From: Macrostomum lignano
Taxonomy: Eukaryota
Length of the DNA stretch: 64,000 nucleotides
Direction of reading: 5' to 3'
Assembly (NCBI GenBank): GCA_002269645.1
Contig: NIVC01001457.1
Coordinates: 124,001 to 188,000 of the forward strand
Each line of letters opens with the position of its first letter. The first letter of the stretch is position 1. Under the pieces are notes generated by a model that was not told where the DNA came from, did not search any database, and was given only the letters and a program-made list of their open reading frames with translations. Positions 50,070 to 63,843 of the stretch are shown in pieces. Position numbers and translations under genes: made by a program.

Positions 50070-52435
50070 TCAGGCATGGTGGCCATGTCTATAATATTGG
50101 AGCTTATAGGCACAGCTAAAATCATCAATATAAAATGTGTGCTCTGTAGGGCTCTCTTATAATCAAATAGTGGCTTAGTGAATAGGCTTAAGACGATTGC
50201 CTTGAGATTGCGTGTAGCAAGGTTCATACATGCGCAACAGTCGGCCGAGTCGGCCGATCCGGCCGACCGATTTGGCGGCCAATCAAGGAAGTCGCAAAAA
50301 TGCCCACCCAAAAAATAACCTGAAGAGTAGTACTAAGTAGCTGACGAGGCATTTTAGCTTAATAAAACAGTCATAGTTACTCCTGCCGTTTACCCAAAGT
50401 TGCGTTAATTTTGCTTTCGGGTTTTTTTATATGTAAGTCGCATTTTTGGCCAAAAACTACGTCGCATTTTTTGTTAAAACTAAGTCGCACGGCTGACCAA
50501 ATTTTGGAGGTTGCACATGTATGGCAAGGTTTAAATCCCAAGTAGGCCTAGTCATGTTTTTATTTATTTGAATTTTTTTAGCAAACAGAAATTTTTGTCT
50601 TGAACTCTCTAAGTTTTTTAATTAAAATCAAATAATTAATTATTTAATTAAATTAAATTAATTTTTTTAATAAAAGAAGAGTAACACTAAATCTTAAAGT
50701 GCAGCAGATATATATCAAAAAATATTTCCTTTTCAGTAGCTAGGCCCTACATATATAATTGTAGCCACACTTAAAAATGATTTCATGTTACTCTTAAAAA
50801 TTAAATTAAATTAAATTAAAAAAAATAAAAAAACTATGAATTTTCAATTGATTGATCCTTTTATCTGATCAATGATTTATATACATGGCATAGTAGCTGT
50901 GCCTACTAGCTCCAATATTAGAGACATGGCTACCCATTGTGTCTCTAAATATGAACCCATTCAATATCAATGACATAGCTGCTATGTAAGTGTCATTGAC
51001 ACAGTGGCCATGTCTCTAATAGTGACTAGGTCTATACTTATAGACCCTATTGGAATAAGTGGTATTTTCGCGGACGGCGTCCGGCGCACTTTTTCTTTTT
51101 CCTCATAGTCATGGCACATGGCGCGCTACGCGCGCCATGCGCCATGACGCACAGCAGCTCACAGGTAAGATGCAAGGAGGACATCACGCGCTACATACAG
51201 CGCTGCTGAACAAGGATGAGAAGCATGCACAGGAGAAAGTCAGCAGCACGGTGGAAATTCAGCAAACTGTAAGTAAAACTTGTTTTTCTAATTTCTATAA
51301 CTTTGATAATATTGCTATGGGCTATAGTATAGCATATCTCCTATCATATGTATTGATTGCTGTGTCATCTAGAATATGCATGCAAGTTAATCGTAAAATT
51401 GGAAATTGTAGTTGAAAGATCGCAGCAGAAATGTTCTTTATTGCCTCATAAACATTATAACATAGTGCCAAATGCTAATTGCTCTTAATGTTCTCTTATA
51501 ACGCAGTTGCAAGAAATAAAAAAGTAAACTAAATTCTATTAAAAGTCTCAACAAATTTTCTGCTTTGTTTAATTATCTTTTTGATTGGTTGTGCGTACAT
51601 TTATTTATGCTGACATTTAAATGTGAAAATATTCTTCGAAACACCATGCTAAATAGTTATCAGATTTGATAACCCGACCCGAGCCAAAGTGCTACAACTA
51701 CTACTGAAAAAGTGTGTGGATAAGGCAAAGACAATTTTGTTTGTTCGTGAACTCTGTGTTGTTCATCACGGAGTTTCTTCATTTTGTATTAACCGATTAG
51801 CCAAATTGAAGTAAAGGGTTTCAGTGTTCGTAATTATTTTAAGTACTCACTGATGCAATTGCCACACTATTTACATTATTTATTTTTCTTTGAATAGACC
51901 AACAATGTAACTTTGTAAGTCAAAAGACGAGTAGACTAAGAATTAAGAAATAGATACAACTACAACAGAAGGGGGCAGAAGTACAGTACAGAACAGAGTG
52001 CAGTAAAACACAAGTGCGGTAAAACACACAACTTTCTCTCAATCTCTTTAAATCTCTCAAAAACGAGTGATGCATCATCAGAATGAACATGATAGAGACT
52101 GGAGTCATGCACAATATCACCTAAACCTAGAGTGCTATGGCACCCTAGGATTTGAAGATTTGAATGACACATCGTCCATACCACCTTAGGATTTGAAGAT
52201 TGTCATGACGCACCGTCCAGGCCACTTTATGATTGCCATGGCGCACTAGATGCACTGTCCACAGTGTCTGAAAACTTATTCCAATAGGGCTTATAGACAT
52301 GGTAGCCATGTCTATAATGCAAATACTTATAGACATGGCCGTGTCTATAAGTATGGACCCAGTCATTATTAGAGACATAGCCACCATGTCTATAAGTTTC
52401 TACATTATAGACATAGTTGCTATGTCTCTAAGTGT
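50070..52435. mobile_element. Adjacent foldback repeats sharing a palindromic AGACATGG...CCATGTCT motif
   Basis: Inverted pairs 50075-50118/50894-50934 and 51005-51060/52274-52385. Confidence 0.55.
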
Positions 52436-53999
52436 GGCATAATTAATAATAAAATTACTTATTTTCTCAATCTGACCTATATTTTATACTATAGTATCAT
52501 ATTATGAAAAAGAAGCTTATTTACAAAGACTACTAATGATGCTTTTATTATGTATTTATAAAATATAACTTTGCTATCCTTGTAAAAAGGTTAAAAGCCA
52601 ATGCTATCCAAGTCTAAGATCTTTGTATAAAATTGCTATATAATTAAAATAAAATGATACTAGAATAGCCTTTAGCAAGAAATATAATAAAAATACAATC
52701 CATTATCCACCTGTATCTTTAGTAATTGAATAAATATAAACCTTGATTTTTTTAGTAACTAAGCCAAAAGAGTGCTTAATTAGCAGCAAAGAAAAATCCA
52801 TAATCTAGATCATGCTGGGTGCATGCCTAAACAAAAATCAAATATTTACAAATGCACATCAAAAAAATTGAGTGCATTCCCATTTTCAAAACCATGTTGG
52901 TGTTGTGACAGTAAATGACATTTTTATATTTTAACAATAATGAATTTTAATTGCATAATGAACCCTCTTTGGCAGATAGTTTGATTGGTTTTTCTGCTTT
53001 TTTGGCAATAATATTTACTATAATAAATTGATATTACAAAGATTTGTTTAAATGATTTATTACAAGCTTAAAAAGAACTTTTTTCTTTTTCACATTAACT
53101 TTTCTATATAATTCTATAAAGTGCATACAAGGTGTACATGCAGACTATTTTCTTTGGAGTGATGCATGCCAACTGTGCATAAGTAGGCATAAGTAGGCAT
53201 AAGTATAGACACTATAGGCATAAGTAGGCATGCACTTAGGCATTATGAAATAAAGTGAAAACAATATAAAAATGAAAACTTCACTATAGGCCTACAGCTA
53301 TATAAAAATATAATAGGGTAACATGTTGTGCAACTTAAATTAAAAGAATTATAGTCTTTACTGCCCCAAATCAAATGCAATCACTGATTTTGTGACAAAA
53401 AAACAATTTTTTCCTATCTTTGTAGTGTATTTTTTCTAGGAAATTGTGGCTTCCAAAAATTGCACAATCTTTGAGTTTTACGTCTTGTTAGTCTAGAAGT
53501 CCTTGTATTAAACATTACATTTATACTTACTACTATACCATTAATACAAGTATAGAAATTTATAGAATCGTATAATATCATTATACCACTTTCTAAAAAT
53601 CTATACAAATAGATTAATATTGTTTTTATTATTATAATTTTTTAAAAAGTGCAATCTCATAATAGCTGATACACAGTATGTATATTTATAAGACATTTGA
53701 ATTAAAGGGAATGGGGAATGCATGCTTAATAAGATAAAATGACAATTTATATGGGTTTTTCCCATATAATCGTTTCCTTCTGCCAACAGTTCAAGAAGAC
53801 AACAAACAATGGACTCGGTAGTAACTTTCACTGTGTGATCTCTAGAGTCACATTCTCAAACTTTAGGCAAAGATCTTTCCTCTTCAATCAGTATATTTTA
53901 TAAGCTAACAGACTGTATGCGAGCAAAGAGGAATAGGGGAAGAAAGTGGAATGGGGAGGCCCAATAGGAGCCATTGGCCAGAGGAAATTCATCAAACAT

Positions 54000-54155
54000 G
54001 CGCAATCTTGGGATTCACCTGGCCATTTCTATTGGCAACACACACATGTAAGTTGCTATTGGCTGAGAGCAGTCACGTGATTACTATTCTGTCCAATAGT
54101 GACTTACATGTGTGTGTTGCCAATAAAAACGGCTGGGTGAATCCCAAGGTTGCGC
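54000..54155. other. 63-bp-stem inverted repeat (hairpin RNA or MITE)
   Basis: Arms 54000-54062 and 54093-54155 with a 30-nt loop. Manual pairing gives 56 Watson-Crick, 5 G-U and 2 mismatches on the + strand. Confidence 0.85.
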
Positions 54156-55529
54156 CCAAGCATGAAATTCATACATAATGCAAGGGTCGCATGGCTGGGT
54201 TTCTCGCTTGCTGATCATCAGGGCTATTTTTAGGCATGTAGATCTTGTGCATCTGGGGAGTTGCTACCAAGACTGGATGCTTATTCACGCATCATGCGCG
54301 TGTCGGCTGATTTCTCCCATCTTCTTGCTAATGGCGGTTTCATTTCACTTCAAAGACAGGGAAGGATAGGAGAATAAATTAATCTCTAAGAGTAGAATAG
54401 GGATAGAAAATAATCATAGATTCATAGAAATAAATTAGCATATGCAATGAAGAGTGGTTAGGAGGCACAACCAGAAGGCAGGGTAAAATAATAAAGATAA
54501 GATTTTGAGAGTTGGCCAATCAAAATAAAGTTTTTAAAAATAAAAATGAAAGTTGCTAAAATTAATGCTATTTATATTAATGCACTTATATTAAGTATTA
54601 CCAAAATGCAGTGCAAAATCAAGCAGCACACATGTAGGCTTTCCCACTAGATTAAATACTAATTTGTAAGCATAAAATGATCTATAGATAGTGGCCTCAT
54701 CAACAGGCCTCTAGGTAAAAGTGAAGGTCAGCTAAGAAATGTGATGGTAGCTCGTACAAGCTACTTGTGGTATATAATGGATCTTGCCATCAATATCTGG
54801 TTAAAGCCAGTCCTTAAAGTCTTTACTAGTCAGCAGAACCTATTGAATTGAATTCAAAATGAATCAATTTCAAGTACTTCTACACTTTCTAATGGTGATA
54901 AAGCATGACAATAGCTTTGGCAGTATCTAGAACAAAGCAGACTTATATATTGCTATTCATAGAATGCTCAATTAACAAAGCAGCAATGAAGAATAGCAAC
55001 AAAGGTTGCAGAATTCTCCTAATATCCTAGTTTAAGTAGTCACTTATTGGCAATAGTTTTAGTGGTAATAATATAAATAACTAACTATAGTACAACTTCA
55101 AATTCAAAAAACTTTTTTGCAGAAAAATTCTGATCTATTCATGGAGCACACAATGTATATGTAATATAGCAGTCTAAGTCTGAGTCTTAATACTAGTACT
55201 GCCAATACGTTTTGTTTTTTCATATATTCTATCAATAAAAGTAGCATATAACAAAATACCTTTGCAAATTGCAAATTTAAGATGACAACATCTAACTTTG
55301 TTGCCTTAGACCTTCAAAACTATATCCACTATACTAAAAATACCACTATGCTCAAACTCAAAATGAGTTGTTTGTCAGTAGGTAGGTAGGTATTCATGTA
55401 ATTCAGAAAAAATTATATTCTAAAAAACCTGCATATGGTGCTTAATTTTGCAGTTAAATTTGTCAATTCAGAATTGTGTGTCTCCTTGAAGACTTTATAA
55501 CGCACTGACACCTGTTTTTGCTTATCAAC

Positions 55530-55795
55530 TTTAAAGGTTTAGTTTGGCGCCTTTTGGTTCTGTTTAGTGTCTTTTATCGTCCAGTTTGGCGCCTTCTGGT
55601 TTAGTTTGGTGCCTTCTGGTTCAGTTTGGCGCCTTCTGGTTCAGTTTAGTTTCTTTAGGGTTCAGATTGGCGCCTTCTGGTTCATTTTGCGCCTTCTGGT
55701 CCAGTTTGGTGCCTTTTGCTTCTGTTTGGCGCCTTCTGGTTCAGTTTGGCGCCTTTTGGTTCTGTTTGGCGCCTTCTGGTTCAGTTTGGCAGCTC
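55530..55795. repeat. 20-bp minisatellite
   Basis: TTTGGCGCCTTCTGGTTCAG variants. Confidence 0.9.
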
Positions 55796-56880
55796 TAGAT
55801 TTCAGTTTTTTGTCTCAGTGGGGGCGTGTTTATTTGAAAAAATGAAATTACCCTGAGTTGTACGTCTTCAGAGCTGCTATAAAAATCGCCAGCTGATGTT
55901 CTACTTTGAAGTGTAAATAAGCATGAGCTGGTGTTTTACAAAGTAATAAAGTAGCTTAAGATTATATTAGTATCAATAACTTATTCTAATGTTTATGTCA
56001 TCGCTATTCTGACTTTTAGATAAGAATAGTAATTGCGCTATTAGCATCAATAAGTATTACATAAAAAAGATGCTTGAAAGATAAACGGAGTTCACACTGG
56101 GTTAGGCAGGTGGTGAGATGGTGCCTGTTTTCTTTACTTCACGGCGAGGGTACGTAGAATGAGAGCGCTTAACACTGCTATGTACACAAATTTCTCAAGC
56201 AGAAAATGTTCATTGTCTTAAATATATAATTGTACGCTTGCTCTGCTTTTTCAGCGAAGATTTCTTCTTTGCTTAAGGTATAGGCATAGGCAAGCACTGG
56301 GGTATAAAAACTGCCTAGTGAGCAGTATTGGACTCTTGCCCCATTATACTTTGCTCATTTTGCCTGCTCGCTAAAGCACTTGGCTCAAGGACTTGACTTT
56401 GACGCAGTTGATTCCTTCTATCGTTTTTTTGCGCTCTCTGCTTAGGCATCAAGTTACTCGTGCTTATAACTGACCCGGCGATCTGCTGCGGTGAGACATT
56501 TACATGGCTGTGGCCAATTGTATCCGACTGTTAGGCTCTTGCTGTAAGCAGAACGGACTGCAGCAATAATAAGCACCTTTTTCATAGGAGAGTTGAAGAA
56601 AAGAAATTCTTAACTGCTCAAGATTTGTGCTACCCCACCGCAAATTTCACATTCGATTTCTTTTCTTCCCGTGTTTCTTTTGCAGCACCTCGCTCGCCTA
56701 AAAACTGATTCTAGCTTCAATGCTCAGTTATTCTTGTTGCTAACCGCTGATTCTAGCCAAAGTTGACTCAGCCTGACTCGCTAGCCAACCACAACCCGCC
56801 GCTGGTTTGAGGCGGACGGTTTCGCAGGGCCTGTCGTTTCCTTGAATCATAGAAATACAAGGCAGAAAAAGGCTTGCCAC

Positions 56881-59800
56881 ATGGATTTGGAAGGTCGCAG
56901 AAGTTCTTACTCAATTGCCCGTGTACTAGAAGAAGTGCAGGAGCAGAAGACCAAAGAGCAACAATTGCAGAAACGACAATCCGGTTTGATTACCGAATCA
57001 GAGGTGCTTGAAGCTTCATCGAATTCTTCCGCTAGCGGCGCGCAGGAGGCGCCTGAGGAGGAGTTGCAGTTTAAGCCGGGATTTGTCAGTCAGCTGTTGG
57101 GCAAATTCGGTGGCCAGCAGCAGCAGCGGGCTGCTAGCAGTTCTAACAGCCCCGAGGTTGCTGCTGGTCTGAGGAAAGCGTCCTCCACGCAGAACCTGTC
57201 CGGGACTGCCACATTTGGCGGGGTTGTTCTGAGGCGTCAACCAGTTGCTAGTACTAATATTAGTAGTAGTACCAGTGCTACTGGTCCGGCCACGGTGGCT
57301 AGGCGTCGATCCCAGGACGTCAGCGGCAATGCTGCCAATGTCAATGGCAACGGTGGTAGTCACGTTTTTGCGTTCAGCGGTGGAAATTCTTCTCCGGCAT
57401 CCCCGGCGACTCAAGCGTCGTCGAGTCCTAGCGGTAGCAGCACTGCTAGCGGCAATCGTGTCTTTATAATTCCCAAAACCAGCGCTTCTCCCGTTGTCAG
57501 GCGTTGGCAACAACAACAGCAACAGCAGCAGGCGCCAGTTCAAAAACCAACTCCTCCTTCTGAGGCAATAAAACCATCGCCGTCTCCTACTGACAATTTG
57601 AAAACAAAAACGACCGAACAAATTAACGAAGTTCAACAAAAACCGGAAGTAACCACGGAAAGTCTTGTAACGATACCCAGCGATAGTGAAAGTTTGCCAA
57701 TTAAAAACTTGGTTCAATCTAAGCGTAGTATGTTTGAACAGCCGCAGCAGCAACAGTCTGTCGTGAGTCACGCTAAAACCAATGGCGGCGCTGGCTTGGG
57801 AACCACTGTTACTAAGGTATCGCTGAGTCCTCATAACCATCAGCACCAGCCTGTGATTGGGCGCAGCGGCTCTAATAATGCTACCAGACAGATTCTGCCA
57901 AGATCAGTTGAAATTGTCAAAGCGACTTCGCCAAAAATGCCGACTCAACAGTCTTCAAAGCCTTCCACGCCGCCCCAGCCGCAGCCGGCAAAGTCCGTAT
58001 TACCTTCTAAGCCGAGCGTGGTTCCGGCTCCCACTGTTGCCATGGTAACGAAACCAACAACAACAGTAACCACAACAACACCTGCAAACAAATCATCAAA
58101 CACTAAGAAAAGCGACTCAGACGGTTACGGTTTCGGATTGCCAGTGCCGCAACTGAAATCTTCTCTGCCATTTAACGGCGAAAATCTCAAACGAGTAGCT
58201 CTGAACGATCGAGCCGTGGTTGCCATGCGCAAAGCCGGCAAATCTTGGTTCTTCGGCACCGACGTTGCCGAAGCTCCCGAGGGCAGCATCGCCGTAAAAT
58301 TGACGCCCAACGATCGGCCATTCTCCCTGACCGAGGACGGCGACTCTTCCCACGCGGCTAATGACGTCGATGAATTGACGGAAGAACGGCGAGCTCAGAC
58401 CACGGTGTGGGATCATGTCAGAAATGCCGACTCGGGGAGGCAGCGCGTTGATCCGGGCTTGGCCGCTGAGGCTCGCCGTTTGATGGCGTCCGCTGCTAGC
58501 GACGAGGGCGAGGCTGGCGACGAACAAAAGGCGACGTCGATTGCTGCCAGGAGAAATAAGAAAATGGTGAGCAATTTGGGCCTTGAGGCTCCAAGGCTCT
58601 GGGATATTCGGAGAGGTTTTGGTGTCTATCATGAGGAGTACTTTAAGGATTACTTTATAGCCTGGGTGTTTTAAGGGGAAATCAAAGTAATCCTTTGACA
58701 CTAAACGGAGATTTGAAAACTCATTGAACACTTTCAAATCTTTTGATGCTTATAGGATAACGTGAATCCTTGGGCACTTAAAGGAATTCGGGAAATCCTT
58801 GGACACTTAAGGGGATTAGAGTAATCCTTGGGCACTTAGAGGAGATTAATTAATCCTTGGACACTTAAAGGGGATTAGAGTAATCCTTGGACACTTAAAG
58901 AGGATTAGAGTAATACTTGGACACTTAAAGAGGATTAGAGTAATCCTTGGACACTTAAAGAGGATTAGAGTAATCCTTGGACACTTAAAGAGGATTAGAG
59001 TAATACTTGGACACTTAAAGAGGATTAGAGTAATCCTTGGACACTTAAAGGGGATTAGAGTAATCCTTGGACACTTAAAGGGGATTAGAGTAATCCTTGG
59101 ACACTTAAAGGGGATTAGAGTAATCCTTGGACACCTAAAGAGGATTAGAGTAATCCTTGGACACTTAAAGAGGATTAGAGTAATCCTTGGACACTTAAAG
59201 GGGATTAGAGTAATCCTTGGACACTTAAAGGGGATTAGAGTAATCCTTGGACACCTAAAGAGGATTAGAGTAATCCTTGGACACTTAAAGGGGATTACAG
59301 TGAGCGCTTAGAGTAATCTTCAGAGTTTGAGAAGGATTAGACTAATCCTCAAGCAATTTTTAAGAGGTCATCCTTAGGCTCGGACACAGGTTTCTATTAA
59401 ATTTTCATTTTAAAACAATCAAACTCTCAGCTGTGCTTCAAACGAGACTCTGTGCTGGAGGAGACATTCGAATACCAGAGCGAGAAGAGCCTCATCGAGG
59501 AGCTGCGCATCACGCCGGACTACCCCACCGATCCGTTCGAACCGTCGGATTCGCCCAGCTCTCCCACCATCGACGAGGAAGAAGAATTCAATCCAACGGC
59601 AGCTTCGGCAGCGACTGATGAAGCCAAAAAGGATGCTGTTAAAGAGGCTGACGGAGACGCCAAAGTGGCTAACGGGACCGCTGGAGTCGGCCTGCGGCCT
59701 GCCGGGACTCGTGAGGCTCATTGATTACATGGGGTTGGAGAATATGATGAGTTTATCTGAGTGTGATGAGTTTATCTATGAGTATGATGGGTTTATCTAT

Positions 59801-60920
59801 GATAGTGTGATGAGTTTATCTATGATAGTGTGATGAGTTTATATATGATAGTGTGATGAGTTTATATATGATAGTGTGATGAGTTTATCTATGATAGTGT
59901 GATGAGCTTATCAATGAGGGTGTGGCGAGTTTGTCTATGAGAGTGATGAGTTTATCTATGATAGTGTGATGAGTTTATATATGATAGTGTGATGAGTTTA
60001 TATATGATAGTGTGATGAGTTTATCTATGATAGTGTGATGAGTTTATCAATGAGGGTGTGGCGAGTTTGTCTATGAGAGTGTGATGAGTTTATCTTCGAT
60101 AATGTGATGAGTTTATCTATGATAGTGTGAGGAGTTTATCTATGAGTGTGATGAGTTTATCTATGAATGTGATGAGTTTATATTTAATAGTGTGATGAGT
60201 TTGTCTATGAGAGTGTGATGAGTTTATATTTGATAGTGTGATGAGTTTATCTATGAGTGTGATGAGTTTATCTATGAATGTGATGAGTTTATCTTTGATA
60301 GTGTGATGAGTTTATCTTTGATAGTGTGATGAGTTTATCTTTGATAGTGTGATGAGTTTGTCTATGAGAGTGTGATGAGTTTATCTATGAGTGTGATGAG
60401 TTTATCTATGAGTGTGATGAGTTTGTCTATGATAGTGTGATGAGTTTATCTTTGATAGTGTGATGAGTTTATCTATGAGAGTGTGGCGAGTTTGTCTATG
60501 ATAGTGTGATGAGTTTATCTTTGATAGTGTGGTAAGTTTATCTATGAGTGTGATGCGTTTATCTGCACAAATCTGATGGGTTTACCTTTGAGTAGCTGGC
60601 AAAGGTATCGTTGCCTTGTGAGTTGGACTAGTAATTACCTAGCAAAATCGTTCACAATGTACTTTTTGATGAATCTCGGTCTTACTATTTTATTGTTTAA
60701 TCCACTCCTTGCCGTAGCAACCGCCCTGGCCAACTATAATCCGAAATTGGCTGACGAATTTGTTTGGGGAGCTCGCAACAGCGCCATCAGTGAGGACAAG
60801 AGCAGCCAAGAGCAGCCTTCCAGCTCCACTGCAGCTGTCGGCGACATTGTTGACGCCGGAGCCGTTGACGATCCCGACGCCCAATGGTCGGCATCTGCTA
60901 GCGCTGACTTGCTATTCTAA
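56881..60920 (+). CDS. Taperin/phostensin-like PP1-binding protein (~722 aa)
   Basis: Exons 56881-58566, 59431-59710 and 60718-60920 join in frame (phases 0 and 1). Splicing creates KKMLCFKRDSVLEETFEYQSEKSLIEEL, resembling the K-I-S-F...T(F/Y)xYPSExS segment of taperin/phostensin. LANYNPK and terminal DLLF resemble the taperin C-terminus. Long disordered N-terminus; upstream exons not excluded. Confidence 0.65.
58775..59300. repeat. 30-bp intronic minisatellite
   Basis: GGACACTTAAAGAGGATTAGAGTAATCCTT units. Confidence 0.95.
59745..60560. repeat. 21-23-bp intronic minisatellite
   Basis: GATAGTGTGATGAGTTTATCTAT variants. Confidence 0.95.
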
Positions 60921-61414
60921 TTATTCCCGTTAATAATGTGTTCAACATGGTTTTTTATATATCTTTATTTTTGAATTGGCGCCAAAACTAGCATGTGCGA
61001 ATAATACTACTTATTGTTAGGGCCGAATCAGTAGTAAAGATAAGATTGTATTCGAATTAATATTTTCTGCCAAACTATTATAAATAATTCCATTATCGTG
61101 TTTCTGTACCCAAAATCCATTACTATACAGAGAGAAAATTGGGCTGTTAGTTAAAATGTATTATTAAGCTGTCGTTTAAAACTACTTTAAGTAGGCAGTT
61201 TGTTTCCATGCGTTTTTTATTTTGTTCAACATTTTGGTCGAGCCTGCGGATTTCCTATTATTTATATCCTCGCATTCCGGACATTTAAGCTTCAGTATAA
61301 TTTTTTTCAATCTAAATTGGATGCCAAAACAGGTTCAGCAGCTGGTGTTGCAAAACTTCAGTTTAACAATCAGCCATTGTAAATATATAAAGTAATAAGT
61401 TTAATTAATCCCAT

Positions 61415-62615
61415 TTATGATAATTGAGTCCCGGATTTATGAATCCCAATTGTTAATTGAGTCCTGGATTTATGAATCCCAATTGTTAATTGAGTCCCGG
61501 ATTTATGAATCCCAATTGTTAATTGAGTCCTGGATTTATGAATCCCAATTGTTAATTGAGTCCCGGATTTATGAATCCCAATTGTTAATTGAGTCCTGGA
61601 TTTATGAATCCCATTTATGATAATTGATAATTGAATCCCGGATTTATAAATCCCATTTATGATAATTGAGTCCCGGATTTATAAATCCCATTTATGATAA
61701 TTGAAAATTGAATCCCGGATTTATGAATCCCATTTATGATAATTGAAAATTGAATCCCGGATTTATGAATCCCATTTATGATAATTGAAAATTGAATCCC
61801 GGATTTATGAATCCCATTTATGATAATTGAAAATTGAGTCCCGGATTTATGAATCCCATTTATGATAATTGATAATTGAGTCCCGGATTTATGAATCCCA
61901 TTTATGATAATTGAGTCCCGGATTTATGAATCCCATTTATGATAATTGATAATTGACTCCCGGATTTATGAATCCCATTCATGATAATTAAGTCCCGGAT
62001 TTAGGAGTCCCATTTATGATAATTGGGTCCCCCGGATTTATGAATCCCATTTATGATAATTGAGTGCCGGATTTATGAATCCCATTTTTGATAATTGAGT
62101 CCTGGATTTAGGAGTCCCATTTATGATAATTGGGTCCCCGATTTATGAATCCCATTTTTGATGATTAAGTCCCGGATTTATGAGTCCCATTTATGATAAT
62201 TGGGTCCCCCGATTTATGAATTCCAATTATGATAATTGAGTCCCGGATTTAGGAGTCCCATTTATGATAATTGAGTCCCGGATTTATGAATCCCATTTAT
62301 GATAATTGATAATTGAGTTCCGGATTTATGAATCTCATTTATGATAATTGAGTCCCGGATTTATGAATCCCATTTATGATAATTGATAATTGAGTTCCGG
62401 ATTTATGAATCTCATTTATGATAATTGAGTCCCGGATTTATGAATCCCATTTATGATAATTGATAATTGAGTTCCGGATTTATGAATCTCATTTATGATA
62501 ATTGAGTCCCGGATTTATGAATCCCATTTATGATAATTGATAATTGAGTTCCGGATTTATGAATCCCATTTATGATAATTGATAATTAAGCTCCTTATTT
62601 ATGAATTCCATTTCA
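61415..62615. repeat. 35-41-bp minisatellite
   Basis: TCCCGGATTTATGAATCCCATTTATGATAATTGAG variants. Confidence 0.95.
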
Positions 62616-63675
62616 ATAATGCTTCATCTATAGGTTATAATGCAGCTTATATAGTTTTTATTCCTATAATTCAGAGGTGCTAAACTTTCATAAGAGTGCT
62701 TCAATAAGTAGTATTTCTACAAACTGTCTGATATCTGTAATCTCAATTGTTTTTCTACTTAACCGCAGGCAAAAATGCATCCAGAAGAGCTGCTTTCACT
62801 GTAACTTGGCTAGTTTTAACCTTTTTGTAAAATGTCAAATTTCCAGCATATGTTTTTTTAATTTGGTGTTTCTAAATTTTCTATTTTGCTATCTAAACAT
62901 CAGCTCAATGCTACTCAATCAGCCAGCGGCTTCTCAACATTTCATTTATTAATGACAAATTTTAATAGAGTGAAACTAATTCAAGATAGATTGCAAACAG
63001 TAATTGTTTATTTCGTTTAAGATTGACAGTTCTGCAATCTTATCGATGCTGCAGTTGATTTAAAAGTAATTTTTAATCAATAATATCAGTTTTTTATTAT
63101 CATTTTTCTTTTCTATTCTCTGCAGCTTTTTATTCTAGTTGAATTTTTCTTTCATTTCGGCTGTTAGAGAAGATTGCAGGCGGTTCTATTTTATAATTTA
63201 CAGCATAAATGCTTGCGTATTGTGCTTTGTTTATTAAACTTTTTTGTTTATAAATTTCTAGATTATTTGTTGCCTACTCTGATTGCGCCAAGACAATATA
63301 TATATATATATCTTTTGTTTAAACCTAAATCTGTTCCAACTTCCTAACAAAAAAGATTATTTAAAACATGTAATTATGATTTTTTGTTCAATATCGGCGA
63401 ATGTACTTTTTGTTAAAAATTAATACATTAAAAGTTTATATTGGTTATTATCTGTGTGTTATTTATTTCGATTGAGTCGTAAGATTAGTATAGTTTACGA
63501 TTAGGTGGCTGCAAAGCTGAAAAATATAATAAATGACAAAGAAGCCTAACATAACCGACTTCCATCACAAGTTGTAAAAATTTCGATGATAAAAATCTAT
63601 ACTTTCTACTATCCACATAGATAAGTAGAGTAGTGACGATATTTACCTATTTTATTGAATAATTGCATGCCGCAG

Positions 63676-63843
63676 ATGGCTGCAGCCAGCGGGAAGAATC
63701 GGCTTTCGCAGCGTCAGCAGTCGGAATCCAAGTCGGCTTATCGAATTACAGTCACTGATCCCCAACTGCATCCCAGCAATTTTACCGCCTATAAAGTCAC
63801 CATGCACGTTGTGCCCGAGTCTATATTTCAAGAGGAATATCAG
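63676..63843 (+). CDS. First coding exon of a PX-domain protein (SNX15/RPS6KC1-like)
   Basis: MAAASGKNR...YRITVTDPQLHPSNFTAYKVT resembles YTV(T/S)(D/E)PxxHPxG(Y/F)TxYKVT of SNX15/RPS6KC1. Donor CAG|GTACGA at 63843/63844. An alternative ATG lies at 63667. Confidence 0.7.

Noticed and set aside
58567-58674. C-terminal 35 aa of the 610-aa ORF
   Set aside because: Intron read-through after the ATG|GTGAGC donor.
60576-60717. Hydrophobic N-terminal part of the 114-aa ORF suggesting a membrane protein
   Set aside because: It is the polypyrimidine tract and intron upstream of the acceptor at 60716-60717.
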